From the NCBI GenBank assembly GCA_963712835.1, contig CAVQJJ010000010.1, forward strand, positions 42,950 to 106,949: a stretch of DNA of 64,000 nt, in the 5' to 3' direction. The position numbers and the translations under genes are program-made. Positions 31,402-41,190 of the stretch are shown here, piece by piece; the first letter of the stretch is position 1, and each line of letters begins with the position of its first letter. The stretch is from an uncultured Alphaproteobacteria bacterium. Its GTDB lineage: Bacteria; Pseudomonadota; Alphaproteobacteria; ATCC43930; CGMCC-115725. The notes beneath the pieces are model-generated. The model was not told the DNA's origin, did not search any database, and saw nothing but the letters and a program-made list of their open reading frames with translations.

Positions 31402-32223
31402 ATGCCGGTCCCGAAAATTTTCGGGATTCTCAACCTCACCGAGGATTCGTTCTCGGATGGCGGCCGCAACCTCGACCCCGCGGCCGCGATCGCCACGGCA
31501 CGGCGCTTGGCGGCGGATGGCGCGGACGTGGTCGATATCGGCGCCGCCTCCAGCAACGTCGCCGCGAAGCCGGTCGCGCCGGACGAGGAAATTCGCCGTC
31601 TCGCGCCGGTCGTCGCCGCGCTGAAAGAAACCGGGATCGCGACATCGATCGATAGTTTCGCCCTCGAAACGCAACGTTTCGCGCTCGCCACTGGGGTCGA
31701 TTTCCTCAACGATATTGAAGGCTTCCCCGATCCGGCGCTCTATCCGGCGCTCGCCGCGTCGGATTGTCGGCTGGTGGTGATGCACGCCGTCCATGGCCGT
31801 GGGCGCGCGCAACCGATCGATGTGCCGCCGTCCGAGATCTGGCCGCGCATCGCGACATTCTTCGCCTCGCGCGTCACCGCGCTCGAAGCGGCGGGAGTCG
31901 CGCGACAGCGGCTGATCCTCGACCCTGGCATGGGGTTCTTCCTCGGCAGCGACGCGGCGGCTTCGTTGCGCGTGCTTGCCGGGCTCGATCGGCTCAAACG
32001 CGAATTCGCGCTGCCGATGCTTGTCTCGGTGTCGCGCAAATCGTTTCTCGGCGCGGTCACCGGCCGGCGCGATCCCGCCGAGCGCGGCGCGGCGACGCTG
32101 GCGGCCGAGCTTCACGCCGCCGCCAAAGGCGTGGACTTCATCCGCACGCACGACCCCGGCGCGCTACGCGACGCGCTGTTGGTGACGGCGGCGCTGCGAC
32201 GGGAGGACGAGGCTATTGAATAG
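31402..32223 (+). CDS. folP: dihydropteroate synthase
   Basis: [34 protein letters not shown] are DHPS motifs. Confidence 0.92.
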   Translation: MPVPKIFGILNLTEDSFSDGGRNLDPAAAIATARRLAADGADVVDIGAASSNVAAKPVAPDEEIRRLAPVVAALKETGIATSIDSFALETQRFALATGVDFLNDIEGFPDPALYPALAASDCRLVVMHAVHGRGRAQPIDVPPSEIWPRIATFFASRVTALEAAGVARQRLILDPGMGFFLGSDAAASLRVLAGLDRLKREFALPMLVSVSRKSFLGAVTGRRDPAERGAATLAAELHAAAKGVDFIRTHDPGALRDALLVTAALRREDEAIE

Positions 32224-32467
32224 CCGACTTGTACGCGTCGCAGGACGGCGAATCCTGCCCGTTGATCAGCTCGCAACGTTCAAACAGCGAGCGGCCGAAT
32301 GACGCTGCGGAGCCATTCCAATCCCGAAAGGCGGCCTGATCTTGCTCAGTCATCAGCGGTTTCAACCGCTGCGCGATTTCGTACCGATGATAGGCGTCAT
32401 GGGCAAAGGGGAACGCCATGACGATGATCAGCGCCAGGGCGGCACAAGTACCCAAAATTCTGGCCAT
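32213..32467 (-). CDS. hypothetical small membrane-anchored protein (84 aa)
   Basis: ATG 32467. N-terminal hydrophobic segment ILGTCAALALIIVMAF. No family recognised. Confidence 0.3.
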   Translation of the reverse strand: MARILGTCAALALIIVMAFPFAHDAYHRYEIAQRLKPLMTEQDQAAFRDWNGSAASFGRSLFERCELINGQDSPSCDAYKSAIQ

Positions 32468-32672
32468 TGACGGTTGCGTCCTTATCGCGACCGGGAGTTG
32501 CGGATCGGACCTTGTTCTGGTCGGCGGAACTCGTCGCCAGCCAGCCAAAAGTCCCACATGGGTTATGGTAAATAGTGCGTCAAGGGTGATTTGAAAAGGG
32601 TAACAATGCACCGGGTAAGCGAACTCCACCGCCTTAGGTCGACCGCGCGCCGGGAGTTGCCCCGAAAGCAGG

Positions 32673-35108
32673 ATGTTTCCCGGGTATGACGCGTCCGTCG
32701 GCGCAATCCGCGCGAGAAAGTTCCTGGCGGGATCTCATCGGGTGAAGCGGCTCGAAGACGCCGCGCTGGTGACCGGGCACGGACGGTTTTGTGACGACCT
32801 GCCGCTGCGGGTGGACACGCTGCACGCCGCGATTCTGCGCTCGCCGCATCCGCACGCGGAAATTCGCGCGATCGACGCCAGCGCGGCGCTGGCGCAGCCG
32901 GGTGTTGCCTGCGTCGTGAGCGGTGAGGATGCGCTGCGCTGGACGCGCCCGTTCACCGTTGCGGTCAAGGCCGCGGTCGAGCATCGCTGCCTCGCGACCG
33001 ACCGGGTGCGCTACGTCGGCGAGCCGGTCGCGGTGGCCGTCGCGGCGAGCCGTCACGCGGCCGAGGACGCGATCGAGGCGATTGGCGTCGATTACCGGAC
33101 GCTCCCGGCCATCGTCGATCCGCAACGAGCGCTTGCCTCGGACGCGCCGCTACTTCACCCGGCGCAGGGTGGCAACCTGGTCAGCGACCGTCTCTTTCGA
33201 TACGGCGATCTGGAGGCCGCGTTTGCCGCGGCGCCGCACCGAATCGGCGTCACGGCGCGTTATCCGCGCAATGCCGGCACCCCGATCGAAGGGTTTGTCG
33301 TGATCGCGGAATACTTCGCGTTTGAGGACAGCTACGACATCACCGCGAATTTTCAGGGGCCGTTCGCGATGCACCCCGTCATGGCGCTGTCGCTGGGCGT
33401 CCCGGCGAACCGGCTGCGCCTCCGGCTGCCGCCCGATTCTGGCGGTAGCTTCGGGTCGAAACACGCGGTCTTTCAGTACATCGTGCTGCTCGCGCTCGCC
33501 GCGCGCAAAGCCGGGCGGCCGGTCAAATGGGTCGAAAGCCGCATCGAGCATCTCTCGGGGGCGACTTCCGCCACCAACCGGGCGACCAGCTTGACCGCCG
33601 CGGTCGCAGCCGATGGGCAAATTGCAGCGCTCGATTGGGACCAGGTCGAGGATTGCGGCGCCTACCTGCGTGCGCCCGAGCCGGCGACGCTTTACCGGAT
33701 GCACGGCAATATGACCGGGGCATACGGCATTCAGAATATCAATATCCGAAACCGCGTCGTGCTGACCACCAAGACACCGAGTGGGCTGGTGCGTGGTTTT
33801 GGGGGTCCGCAGGTCTATTTCGCGCTCGAACGGCTCGTGCAGCGCATCGCCAAAACGCTGTGCCTCGACCCGCTCGACGTGATCCGCCGCAATCTCGTCG
33901 AGCGTTTTCCGCATCGCTGCCCGGCGGGCGCCGTGCTGGATTCCGGCGATTATCGGGGTGCGCTCGAACAGGCCGCGACGGAGGGCGGGCTCGACGAGCT
34001 GCGCCGCTATCGCGATGCCGCGCGAAAGGGCGGCCGGCTTTACGGCATCGGCTATGCCGCGATCGTCGAGCCGTCGATCTCGAACATGGGGTACATCACT
34101 ACCGTGCTGAGCCCCGAGGAACGCCGCCGCGCCGGGCCGAAAAACGGCGCGCAGGCAGCGGCCGTCGTCGCGCTCGACCCACTCGGCGGCATTACGGCGA
34201 TCGTCGATTCCGCGCCGCAGGGCCAGGGGCACCGCACCGTCATTGCAAATCTCGTCGCTGAGATATTCGGTCTCGCGCCGCAGACGATCCGCGTCGAGAC
34301 CGCGCTCGACACCGCCCGTGACGCCTGGTCGATCGCGGCGGGCAATTATTCCAGCCGCTTTGCCGGCGCGGTCGCCGGCGCGGCCCAACTCGCGGCCACA
34401 CGGCTGCGCGACAAGCTCGCCCGCATCGCGGCCGCTCAGCTCAATCTTCGCCCGGAGGAGATCGTCTTTGCCGGCGGCAGGGTCGGCGCTTCGGGCAACC
34501 CGGACAATTCGCTGAGCTTTTCGCGGCTGGCGGCGGCCAGCCATTGGGCTCCCGGGATCCTCGTTGATCCGGCGGATACGGCGCTGCGTGAGACCGTCTT
34601 CTGGACCCCACCCGAACTGGCCGCGCCCAACGAGGCGGATGAGATCAACAGCTCGGCCGCGCATGGTTTCGTCTTCGATTTCTGCGGCGTCGAGGTCGAT
34701 CCCGAGACCGGCGTGGTGTGCATCGACAAATACGTGACGCTGCACGACGCCGGCCGCATCCTCAACCGCACGCTCTATGACGGGCAGGTTTATGGCGGCT
34801 TCGCTCACGGGATCGGCGCCGCGCTCTATGAGGAATTCGTCTATGGCGAGGACGGCAGTTTTTTGAGCAGTACCTTCCTCGATTACGCCGTCCCCACTGC
34901 CCGCGACGTGCCAAGCCCGGTGATCCTTCATCGAGAGACGCCGTCGCCGGTGACGCCGACCGGCGCCAAGGGCGTCGCCGAGGGCAATGCGATGTCGACA
35001 CCGGTTTGCATTGCCAACGCCGTCGCCGACGCGCTCGATGTCGACGACGTTACGTTGCCGTTGACGCCGCCGCGGGTTCTGGCGTTGCTGAGGCACCGCC
35101 ATGTTTGA
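32673..35108 (+). CDS. xanthine dehydrogenase-family molybdopterin-binding (large) subunit
   Basis: 811 aa. KRLEDAALVTGHGRFCDDL, GGSFGSK, VRGFGGPQ and C-terminal GAKGVAEGN (catalytic Glu region). No adjacent [2Fe-2S] or FAD subunit genes. Confidence 0.88.
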   Translation: MFPGYDASVGAIRARKFLAGSHRVKRLEDAALVTGHGRFCDDLPLRVDTLHAAILRSPHPHAEIRAIDASAALAQPGVACVVSGEDALRWTRPFTVAVKAAVEHRCLATDRVRYVGEPVAVAVAASRHAAEDAIEAIGVDYRTLPAIVDPQRALASDAPLLHPAQGGNLVSDRLFRYGDLEAAFAAAPHRIGVTARYPRNAGTPIEGFVVIAEYFAFEDSYDITANFQGPFAMHPVMALSLGVPANRLRLRLPPDSGGSFGSKHAVFQYIVLLALAARKAGRPVKWVESRIEHLSGATSATNRATSLTAAVAADGQIAALDWDQVEDCGAYLRAPEPATLYRMHGNMTGAYGIQNINIRNRVVLTTKTPSGLVRGFGGPQVYFALERLVQRIAKTLCLDPLDVIRRNLVERFPHRCPAGAVLDSGDYRGALEQAATEGGLDELRRYRDAARKGGRLYGIGYAAIVEPSISNMGYITTVLSPEERRRAGPKNGAQAAAVVALDPLGGITAIVDSAPQGQGHRTVIANLVAEIFGLAPQTIRVETALDTARDAWSIAAGNYSSRFAGAVAGAAQLAATRLRDKLARIAAAQLNLRPEEIVFAGGRVGASGNPDNSLSFSRLAAASHWAPGILVDPADTALRETVFWTPPELAAPNEADEINSSAAHGFVFDFCGVEVDPETGVVCIDKYVTLHDAGRILNRTLYDGQVYGGFAHGIGAALYEEFVYGEDGSFLSSTFLDYAVPTARDVPSPVILHRETPSPVTPTGAKGVAEGNAMSTPVCIANAVADALDVDDVTLPLTPPRVLALLRHRHV

Positions 35109-36630
35109 TCTCGGCCGCACCTTTATCGCCACCGTCGAGCGCAGCCCCGATGCGACCGCGATCGTCGAGGGCGCGCGGCGGCTGACCTACGCCGTTTGGG
35201 CACGCGAGATCGCCGATATCGTTGCCGGGCTCCGAAAGCTTGGGCTGAACCGCGGCGACCGGCTGGCGGTGGTGCTGCAAAACCGGCTCGACATGGCGAG
35301 CCTGCATTGGGCCTGTCAGCTCGCCGGCATTGTCGTGACCCCGCTCAACTGGCGCATCAAGGCCGACGAGCTCGACTATTGCCTCGCCGATTCCGAGGCA
35401 AGCGCGCTGGCCTTCGATGCCGTGGCGGCGGAGGCGGTCGCCGGCGCGGCGACTGCGCAGAGCCTGCCGCTCGTCGGCCTTGATGACACGCCGGGGGCCA
35501 TTTGCCGGCTGACCGATTGGCGCGGGCTGGGCGGCGATCTGACGCCGCGCGCGACCGCCGAGGATCTGTCGCTTCTGCTCTACACCTCGGGCACGACCGG
35601 CCGGCCGAAAGGCGTGCCGCGCCGTCACCGCGCCGAGCGCGCCGCGGCGCTCGCCCATGTCGCGCAAAATCTTTACGGCCGCGGCGAGCGTACGCTCGGC
35701 GTTATGCCGCTCTATCATACGATGGGGGTGCGCTCGCTCTTGTCGATGGCGCTGGTCGACGGCTGCTTCGTGTGCCTGCCCCGGTTCGATGCGGCATTGG
35801 CCTTGCGGCTGATCGCGACCGAGCGGGTCACCAACCTCTATCTCGTGCCGACGCTCTACCACGATCTGGTGAACCACCCCGATTTCGCGGCCAGGGATGT
35901 TTCCAGCGCGCGCAAGCTCGGCTTTGCCGGCGCGGCGATGCCGGACGGGCTGTTGAAGCAAGTCGTGACATCGTTCAAGCCTGAGCTGTTTGTGAACCAT
36001 TACGGCTCGTCCGAAATCTACACCTTCACCATCGAACCGGATGCCGCGGCAAGGCCTGGTTCGGCCGGCAAGGCCGGGCTCAATCAGCGGGTCCGCGTCG
36101 TGCGGCTCGGCGCGGGCGACCCGGAGGCGCGCACGGCCATCGGCGAAGAGGGCGAGATCATAGCAGATATTGATAGTGACGAGGCGTTTGAGGGGTATTG
36201 GCGGCGCCCCGACGCCGATGCCCGCGCGCGGCGCGACGGCTGGTACTTCACCGGCGATACCGGCTATGTCGATGCCGCCGGCGACCTCTTCGTCACCGGC
36301 CGGGTCGACGACATGATCATCACCGGCGGGGAGAACGTGTCGCCCGGTGAGATCGAGAGCGTGCTGTCGCTGCATCCCGCGGTCGGCGAGGTCGCGGTCG
36401 CCGGCGTCGCCGATCCCCGTTGGGGCCAGCGCGTCACCGCCTTCGTCAAACGCCGGACGAAGGTCGAGCCGGAAGCGCTCGACGCCTGGTGCCGGCAGTC
36501 GAGCCTCGCCGATTACAAACGGCCGCGCGATTACGTGTTTGTCGCCGACATCCCGAAATCGCCGGTCGGCAAGATATTGCGCCGTCTGCTGGTCGCCGGC
36601 GATTACCGCGCAGCGAAAATTGAGGAGTGA
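35101..36630 (+). CDS. AMP-dependent acyl/aryl-CoA synthetase
   Basis: LLYTSGTTGRPKGV (AMP-binding motif), YHTMG, TGD..GR.DD, PKSPVGKILRR. The ATG overlaps the upstream stop (ATGTTTGA). Confidence 0.9.
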   Translation: MFDLGRTFIATVERSPDATAIVEGARRLTYAVWAREIADIVAGLRKLGLNRGDRLAVVLQNRLDMASLHWACQLAGIVVTPLNWRIKADELDYCLADSEASALAFDAVAAEAVAGAATAQSLPLVGLDDTPGAICRLTDWRGLGGDLTPRATAEDLSLLLYTSGTTGRPKGVPRRHRAERAAALAHVAQNLYGRGERTLGVMPLYHTMGVRSLLSMALVDGCFVCLPRFDAALALRLIATERVTNLYLVPTLYHDLVNHPDFAARDVSSARKLGFAGAAMPDGLLKQVVTSFKPELFVNHYGSSEIYTFTIEPDAAARPGSAGKAGLNQRVRVVRLGAGDPEARTAIGEEGEIIADIDSDEAFEGYWRRPDADARARRDGWYFTGDTGYVDAAGDLFVTGRVDDMIITGGENVSPGEIESVLSLHPAVGEVAVAGVADPRWGQRVTAFVKRRTKVEPEALDAWCRQSSLADYKRPRDYVFVADIPKSPVGKILRRLLVAGDYRAAKIEE

Positions 36631-36633
36631 GGG

Positions 36634-37416
36634 ATGGCGGAGAGCCAGCAATTCGACGGGTTCCGTCTCGAGATCGACGCCGCGCGCGAGCGCGCCGACA
36701 TCGTACTCGACCGGCCGCCGCTCAACGTCATCGTCATGGCCGAGCGCGACCAGCTGCGTGCCGCGTTTGAGGCGCTCGATGCCGACGCGCGGGTGCGGGT
36801 CATTGTGGTGCGCGCGGTCGGCGAGCATTTCTCCAGCGGTGGCGAAATTCGCGGCTTTCTCGAATCTTCGCCCGAGCACGTGTCGCGCCTCGCGTGGAAC
36901 ATCGCCGCGCCGACGCGTTGCGCCAAGCCGGTTGTCGCCGCGACACGCGGCTATTGCTTCGGGGTCGGGTTCGAGTTGGCGCTCGCCTGCGATTTCCGCA
37001 TCGCAGCGGAAAGCTGTCTGTTCGCGCTCCCGGAACAGCGTCTCGGGCAGATTCCGGGCTCGGGCGGCGCGGCGCGGCTGCAGAAAATGGTCGGAATCAC
37101 CCGCGCCAAGGACATCGTCATGCGCTCGCGCCGCATTTCCGCGCGCCAGGCCCATGACTGGGGCGTCGTCACCGACCGCGTGCCCGACGCCGAGCTCGAA
37201 GCGGCGACCGACGCGCTGGTCGAGGAATTGCGCGGCTTCCCGCCGCTCGCCCAGCGCACCGCCAAAAAGCTGCTCAACGACACCGAGGACGCCAGCCTAT
37301 CGCTCGCCATCGACATGGAAGGCCAGATGTACGGGCGCTTGCGCTCGTCCGACGATTTCCGCGAAGGCGTCGAGGCCTTTCACGCGAAGCGGAAGCCGAA
37401 TTTCAAAGGGTCGTGA
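36634..37416 (+). CDS. enoyl-CoA hydratase/isomerase (crotonase) family protein
   Basis: 260 aa. DRPPLNV..FSSGGEI..GYCFGVGFELALACDFRIA are crotonase oxyanion-hole motifs. Confidence 0.9.
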   Translation: MAESQQFDGFRLEIDAARERADIVLDRPPLNVIVMAERDQLRAAFEALDADARVRVIVVRAVGEHFSSGGEIRGFLESSPEHVSRLAWNIAAPTRCAKPVVAATRGYCFGVGFELALACDFRIAAESCLFALPEQRLGQIPGSGGAARLQKMVGITRAKDIVMRSRRISARQAHDWGVVTDRVPDAELEAATDALVEELRGFPPLAQRTAKKLLNDTEDASLSLAIDMEGQMYGRLRSSDDFREGVEAFHAKRKPNFKGS

Positions 37417-37429
37417 TTCCTTTGAAATT
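37399..37429. terminator. hairpin between convergent genes (possible bidirectional terminator)
   Basis: Perfect 11-bp stem AATTTCAAAGG / CCTTTGAAATT with a 9-nt loop. It spans the crotonase stop codon and has no strong U-tract. Confidence 0.35.
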
Positions 37430-37474
37430 CGTCCCGATGAAAGCCGAGACCCATTTCCGCAGCAGGAAGTGACC

Positions 37475-39517
37475 TCAGCCGACCACGATTTCCAGCCAGC
37501 CCAGTTCGGTCACCACCGCCTTGTCGCCGGGTCGCAGCAGCACGGTCGTCATCGCCAATTCGATGATGGCGGGGCCTGCGATGTGCTGTCTCGGCGCCAA
37601 TGTGTCGAAGTCGTAGACCGGCGCCTCGGCAAATCCGCGGTCGAGGTAGATCGCGCGTGTCGTGACCGGCGGCGCGGGCGGGCCGCCGGCAAGGCGCGGC
37701 TCGCGCGGTAATTCGTCGAGGATGCCCGCAACCGTAACCCGAGCATTGACCAGCACGCTCTCCTGCTCGGGCATCGCATAGGTGTAGAGCGCCTCGTGCT
37801 GGCGATGAAAGCGCTCGACGATCTGCGGCAGCGGGTCGGCCGCCGTCCAGTCGACATCGTCAAGCGGAACCGTGATCTCGAACACCTGCTCGCCGTAGCG
37901 CATATCGACCGCGCGGCTGGTGCGTGTCGGTCCGGCGAAAGAGGCGCGCAGCCGCTTGAGGCCCTCGCCCTCCATCTCCGCGAACAGTGCCTTGACCGCC
38001 CCGCCGTCGAGCGATCGCGTGTCGCCGACATGACTTCGTGACACCTCGAAGCGCAGATCGGTCGCCAGCATGCCCCAAGCCGACAGCACTGCCGCGACGC
38101 GCGGCACGATGACCTTGCCGAGTTGCAGCTGGCGCGCGATGTCGGTCGCGTGCAAGCCGGCCGCGCCGCCGAACGCGAACAGCGCGAAGCGCCGCGGATC
38201 GACGCCGCGCCGCACCGACACCAGCCGCACCCCCTCGGCCATATTGGTGTTGACGATGCGGTGGATGCCGTGCGCCGCCCGCAACCGGTCGACGCCGAGC
38301 GCGCCCGCAACCTGATCGACCGCCCGCTCGGCCGCCGCCATGTCGAGACGGCGTTCGCCGCCCAGGAACCGGCCGGGGTCGAGATAACCGAGCACAAGGT
38401 TGGCGTCCGTCACGGTCGCGGCTTCGCCGCCTTGGCTGTAGCAGGCGGGGCCCGGCATCGCGCCGGCGCTTTCCGGCCCGACATGCAGGATGCCGCCGGC
38501 ATCGACCGTGGCGATCGAGCCGCCGCCGGCGCCGATGCTGGCAATGTCGAGGCTGCCGAGCGCGATGCGGTGGCCGCCGATCTTGCGGTCCATGACCAGC
38601 GCCGCTTCGCCCTCGACCACGAGGCAGATATCGGTGCTGGTGCCGCCCATGTCGAAGGGGATCAGGTTCGGCTTGCCGGCGAGCTTGGCGGCATGGACGC
38701 TGCCGGCGACACCGCCAGCCGGGCCGGACAGCACAGCGCCCGCGGCGAGCCGCCCGGCCTCGGCGATCGGCGCGACCCCGCCATGCGACTGGATGATCAG
38801 CGTCGGGCCGCGATACCCGGCTTCCGCGAGCCGCGCCTCGAGCCGCCCGAGATAGCGCGCCAGCACCGGCCCGACATAGGCGTTGACGATTGTCGTCGAG
38901 ACGCGCTCGAACTCCTTGATCTGCGGCAGCACCGCGGACGAGAGCGAGACATAAGCCTCGGGCAGGGCTTTGCTCAAGATTTCGGCTGTCCGCCGCTCAT
39001 GCGCCGGGTCGCGCCAGGCATGGAAATAGCACACGGCGACAGCCTCGACCCGCGCCTGACGCAATATATCGATAGCATTGTGAAGCGAGTCAGCGTCCAG
39101 CGGAGTCTCGATCCGCCCGTCCGGCCGCAGCCGTTCGCGTACCCCGAGGCGCAGATGCCGTGGCACCAGCTGCTCGGGCGGCGGCAGGCGCAAATTATAG
39201 CGGTCGTCCTTGAGCCCCTCGCGCATCTCGATCACGTCGCGATGGCCCTCGGTGGTGAGCAGCCCGGTGCGCGCGCCTTTCAGTTCGAGCAGCGCATTGG
39301 TCGCCACCGTGGTGCCATGAACGACGCGCTCGGTCTGCGCGAGCAAATCGGCGGGATCCAACCCCAGCTTCGCGGCGAGCGCACCGATTCCCGCGATAAC
39401 GCCAAGCGACGGATCTTCCGGCGTTGACGGGACCTTGGCGAGCGTCGCCTCGCCGCCCGCATCGATCGCGACGAGGTCGGTGAACGTGCCGCCGACATCG
39501 ATGCCGATGCGGTACAT
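37475..39517 (-). CDS. hyuA: hydantoinase/oxoprolinase family protein, A (beta) subunit type
   Basis: MYRIGIDVGGTFTDLV..FDMGGTSTD are HyuA/OplAH N-terminal ATPase motifs. Confidence 0.9.
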   Translation of the reverse strand: MYRIGIDVGGTFTDLVAIDAGGEATLAKVPSTPEDPSLGVIAGIGALAAKLGLDPADLLAQTERVVHGTTVATNALLELKGARTGLLTTEGHRDVIEMREGLKDDRYNLRLPPPEQLVPRHLRLGVRERLRPDGRIETPLDADSLHNAIDILRQARVEAVAVCYFHAWRDPAHERRTAEILSKALPEAYVSLSSAVLPQIKEFERVSTTIVNAYVGPVLARYLGRLEARLAEAGYRGPTLIIQSHGGVAPIAEAGRLAAGAVLSGPAGGVAGSVHAAKLAGKPNLIPFDMGGTSTDICLVVEGEAALVMDRKIGGHRIALGSLDIASIGAGGGSIATVDAGGILHVGPESAGAMPGPACYSQGGEAATVTDANLVLGYLDPGRFLGGERRLDMAAAERAVDQVAGALGVDRLRAAHGIHRIVNTNMAEGVRLVSVRRGVDPRRFALFAFGGAAGLHATDIARQLQLGKVIVPRVAAVLSAWGMLATDLRFEVSRSHVGDTRSLDGGAVKALFAEMEGEGLKRLRASFAGPTRTSRAVDMRYGEQVFEITVPLDDVDWTAADPLPQIVERFHRQHEALYTYAMPEQESVLVNARVTVAGILDELPREPRLAGGPPAPPVTTRAIYLDRGFAEAPVYDFDTLAPRQHIAGPAIIELAMTTVLLRPGDKAVVTELGWLEIVVG

Positions 39518-41190
39518 CAGCTGACGAAACCTTCTTCGGTATCCCGCGTGCGATCAGCTGCCATGCGTTTCGCAGGCTCGCCCCAGCCGCCGCCGCCGCC
39601 GGATTCGAGCACCAAGAGGTCACCCGGCCGGATGGTCAGCCCGGTTTCCTTGGTGCGGATCGCACGTGGCTCGGTATTGCCGGAATAGAGCGTGTAGCGG
39701 TGCGGCGCGCCGTCCTTCCCGCCAAGGATGCCGCAGGCGCCGTACACCACGCCGTCGCCCGCGGTATTGGCGAGCACCGGCTCCGCGGTCTCGACCACCA
39801 TCTCGACAACGCCGCCGGGCCCGCCGCGATATTGCCCGTCGCCGCCGGAATCGGCGCGAAACTCGTGGCGCTTGAAAAACAGCGGAAAGCGCACCTCGGT
39901 GACTTCGAGGCTGCCGAACTTGATGCCGCCGGCCGCTTGCCACTCGCCGGCACCCGGCCAGCCATCGCCAGCCGACGAGGCGCCGCCACCGGGCCGTGCC
40001 TGAAAGAAATGCCAGATGAAGGGCTTGTCGGTGCGCGGGTCCTTGCCCTGGATGGCAATGCGGAACCGCCGACCCCAGCCGGCCATCGCCCGCTCGGGAC
40101 AGCTCGGCGCCAGCGCCTTGATGATCGCTTCGAGGATTTCCTGCGCGCAGTGATTGGTCGCCAGCGTCACCGGCGCGCCGGGATTGGCCCACACCACGGT
40201 GCCCGGCTTGGCGATCACCTTGATCGGCCGGAACGTGCCGTCGTTCTTCGGCGTGTGCGGATCGATCAGGTAGGAGAGTGCGACCACCACCGCCGAATAC
40301 ATGTTCGGATAGGACGAGTTGATAAAGCTCGCCACCTGCTCGTGCGAGTCGGTGAGGTCGATCGTCAGGTCGCTGCCCTGTTTGGTGACGGTCGCGCGGA
40401 TATGGATATCCTTGTTGCCACGCCCGTCATCGTCGAGCATCGCCTCGCCGCGATAGACGCCGTCTTGCCATTCGGCGATCACCGCGCGGGTCTGCCGCTC
40501 GGCGCCGTCGAGCACCGCCTCGATCGCCGCATCGGTCACGTCCCAGCCAAATTCCTCGGCCAGCGCCAGCACCCGCCGCTCGCCGACATGGGCGGAGCCG
40601 ATCATCGCCGCGAGGTCGCCGCGGAAGTCGCGCGGATGGCGCACATTGGTCGCGATCATCTCCATCACATCGCGGCGCACCTCGCCGCGGTCGTAAAGCT
40701 TCAACGGCGTGATACGGATGCCTTCCTGCCAGATATCGGTGGCGCTGGCGTTGTAGGCGCCGTGCGTCGCGCCGCCGATATCGCTCTGATGCGCCCGGTT
40801 GATCGACCAGAACCGGGGGCGATCGCCATTGGGACTTGGGGCGAAGACCGGCACGAAGGCGGTGAGGTCGGGCAGGTGGTTGCCGCCGTGATACGGATCG
40901 TTGAGCAGGAACACGTCGCCCGGATGAATATCGGCGTCGAAGAATTCGGTGACGGCGCGCGCCGCGAAGGGGAGGGCGCCGACATGGATCGGCACATGCT
41001 CCGCCTGGGCGATGAGTCGCCCATCGAGATCGCAGATCGCGGTCGAGAAATCGCGGCTCGAATTGAGAATTTGCGAATAGGCGGTGCGCAGCATCGCCTC
41101 GCCCATCTCGGCGACGATCGCCAGCAGGCGATGCTGGATCACCGAGACGACGATCGGGTCGACGCCCGCATTGTGCCGAGCCGCGCTCAC
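39517..41190 (-). CDS. hyuB: hydantoinase B/oxoprolinase family protein
   Basis: DPIVVSVIQHRLLAIVAEMG..SRDFSTAICD..NDPYHGGNHLPD are HyuB motifs. The GTG at 41190 overlaps the upstream stop (GTGA), and the stop overlaps the hyuA ATG. Confidence 0.9.
   Translation of the reverse strand: MSAARHNAGVDPIVVSVIQHRLLAIVAEMGEAMLRTAYSQILNSSRDFSTAICDLDGRLIAQAEHVPIHVGALPFAARAVTEFFDADIHPGDVFLLNDPYHGGNHLPDLTAFVPVFAPSPNGDRPRFWSINRAHQSDIGGATHGAYNASATDIWQEGIRITPLKLYDRGEVRRDVMEMIATNVRHPRDFRGDLAAMIGSAHVGERRVLALAEEFGWDVTDAAIEAVLDGAERQTRAVIAEWQDGVYRGEAMLDDDGRGNKDIHIRATVTKQGSDLTIDLTDSHEQVASFINSSYPNMYSAVVVALSYLIDPHTPKNDGTFRPIKVIAKPGTVVWANPGAPVTLATNHCAQEILEAIIKALAPSCPERAMAGWGRRFRIAIQGKDPRTDKPFIWHFFQARPGGGASSAGDGWPGAGEWQAAGGIKFGSLEVTEVRFPLFFKRHEFRADSGGDGQYRGGPGGVVEMVVETAEPVLANTAGDGVVYGACGILGGKDGAPHRYTLYSGNTEPRAIRTKETGLTIRPGDLLVLESGGGGGWGEPAKRMAADRTRDTEEGFVS

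Noticed and set aside
33150-37155. Two very long minus-strand ORFs (660 aa and 701 aa) covering the Mo-hydroxylase, CoA ligase and crotonase region. Similar giants occur elsewhere: 956..2422 (+), 8756..10507 (+), 39700..41325 (+), 44495..46954 (+, 819 aa) and 51964..53388 (+).
   Set aside because: These are typical high-GC shadow ORFs. They are Arg/Ala/Gly/Pro-rich low-complexity translations with no recognisable motifs, and each lies exactly antisense to a gene with strong family signatures.
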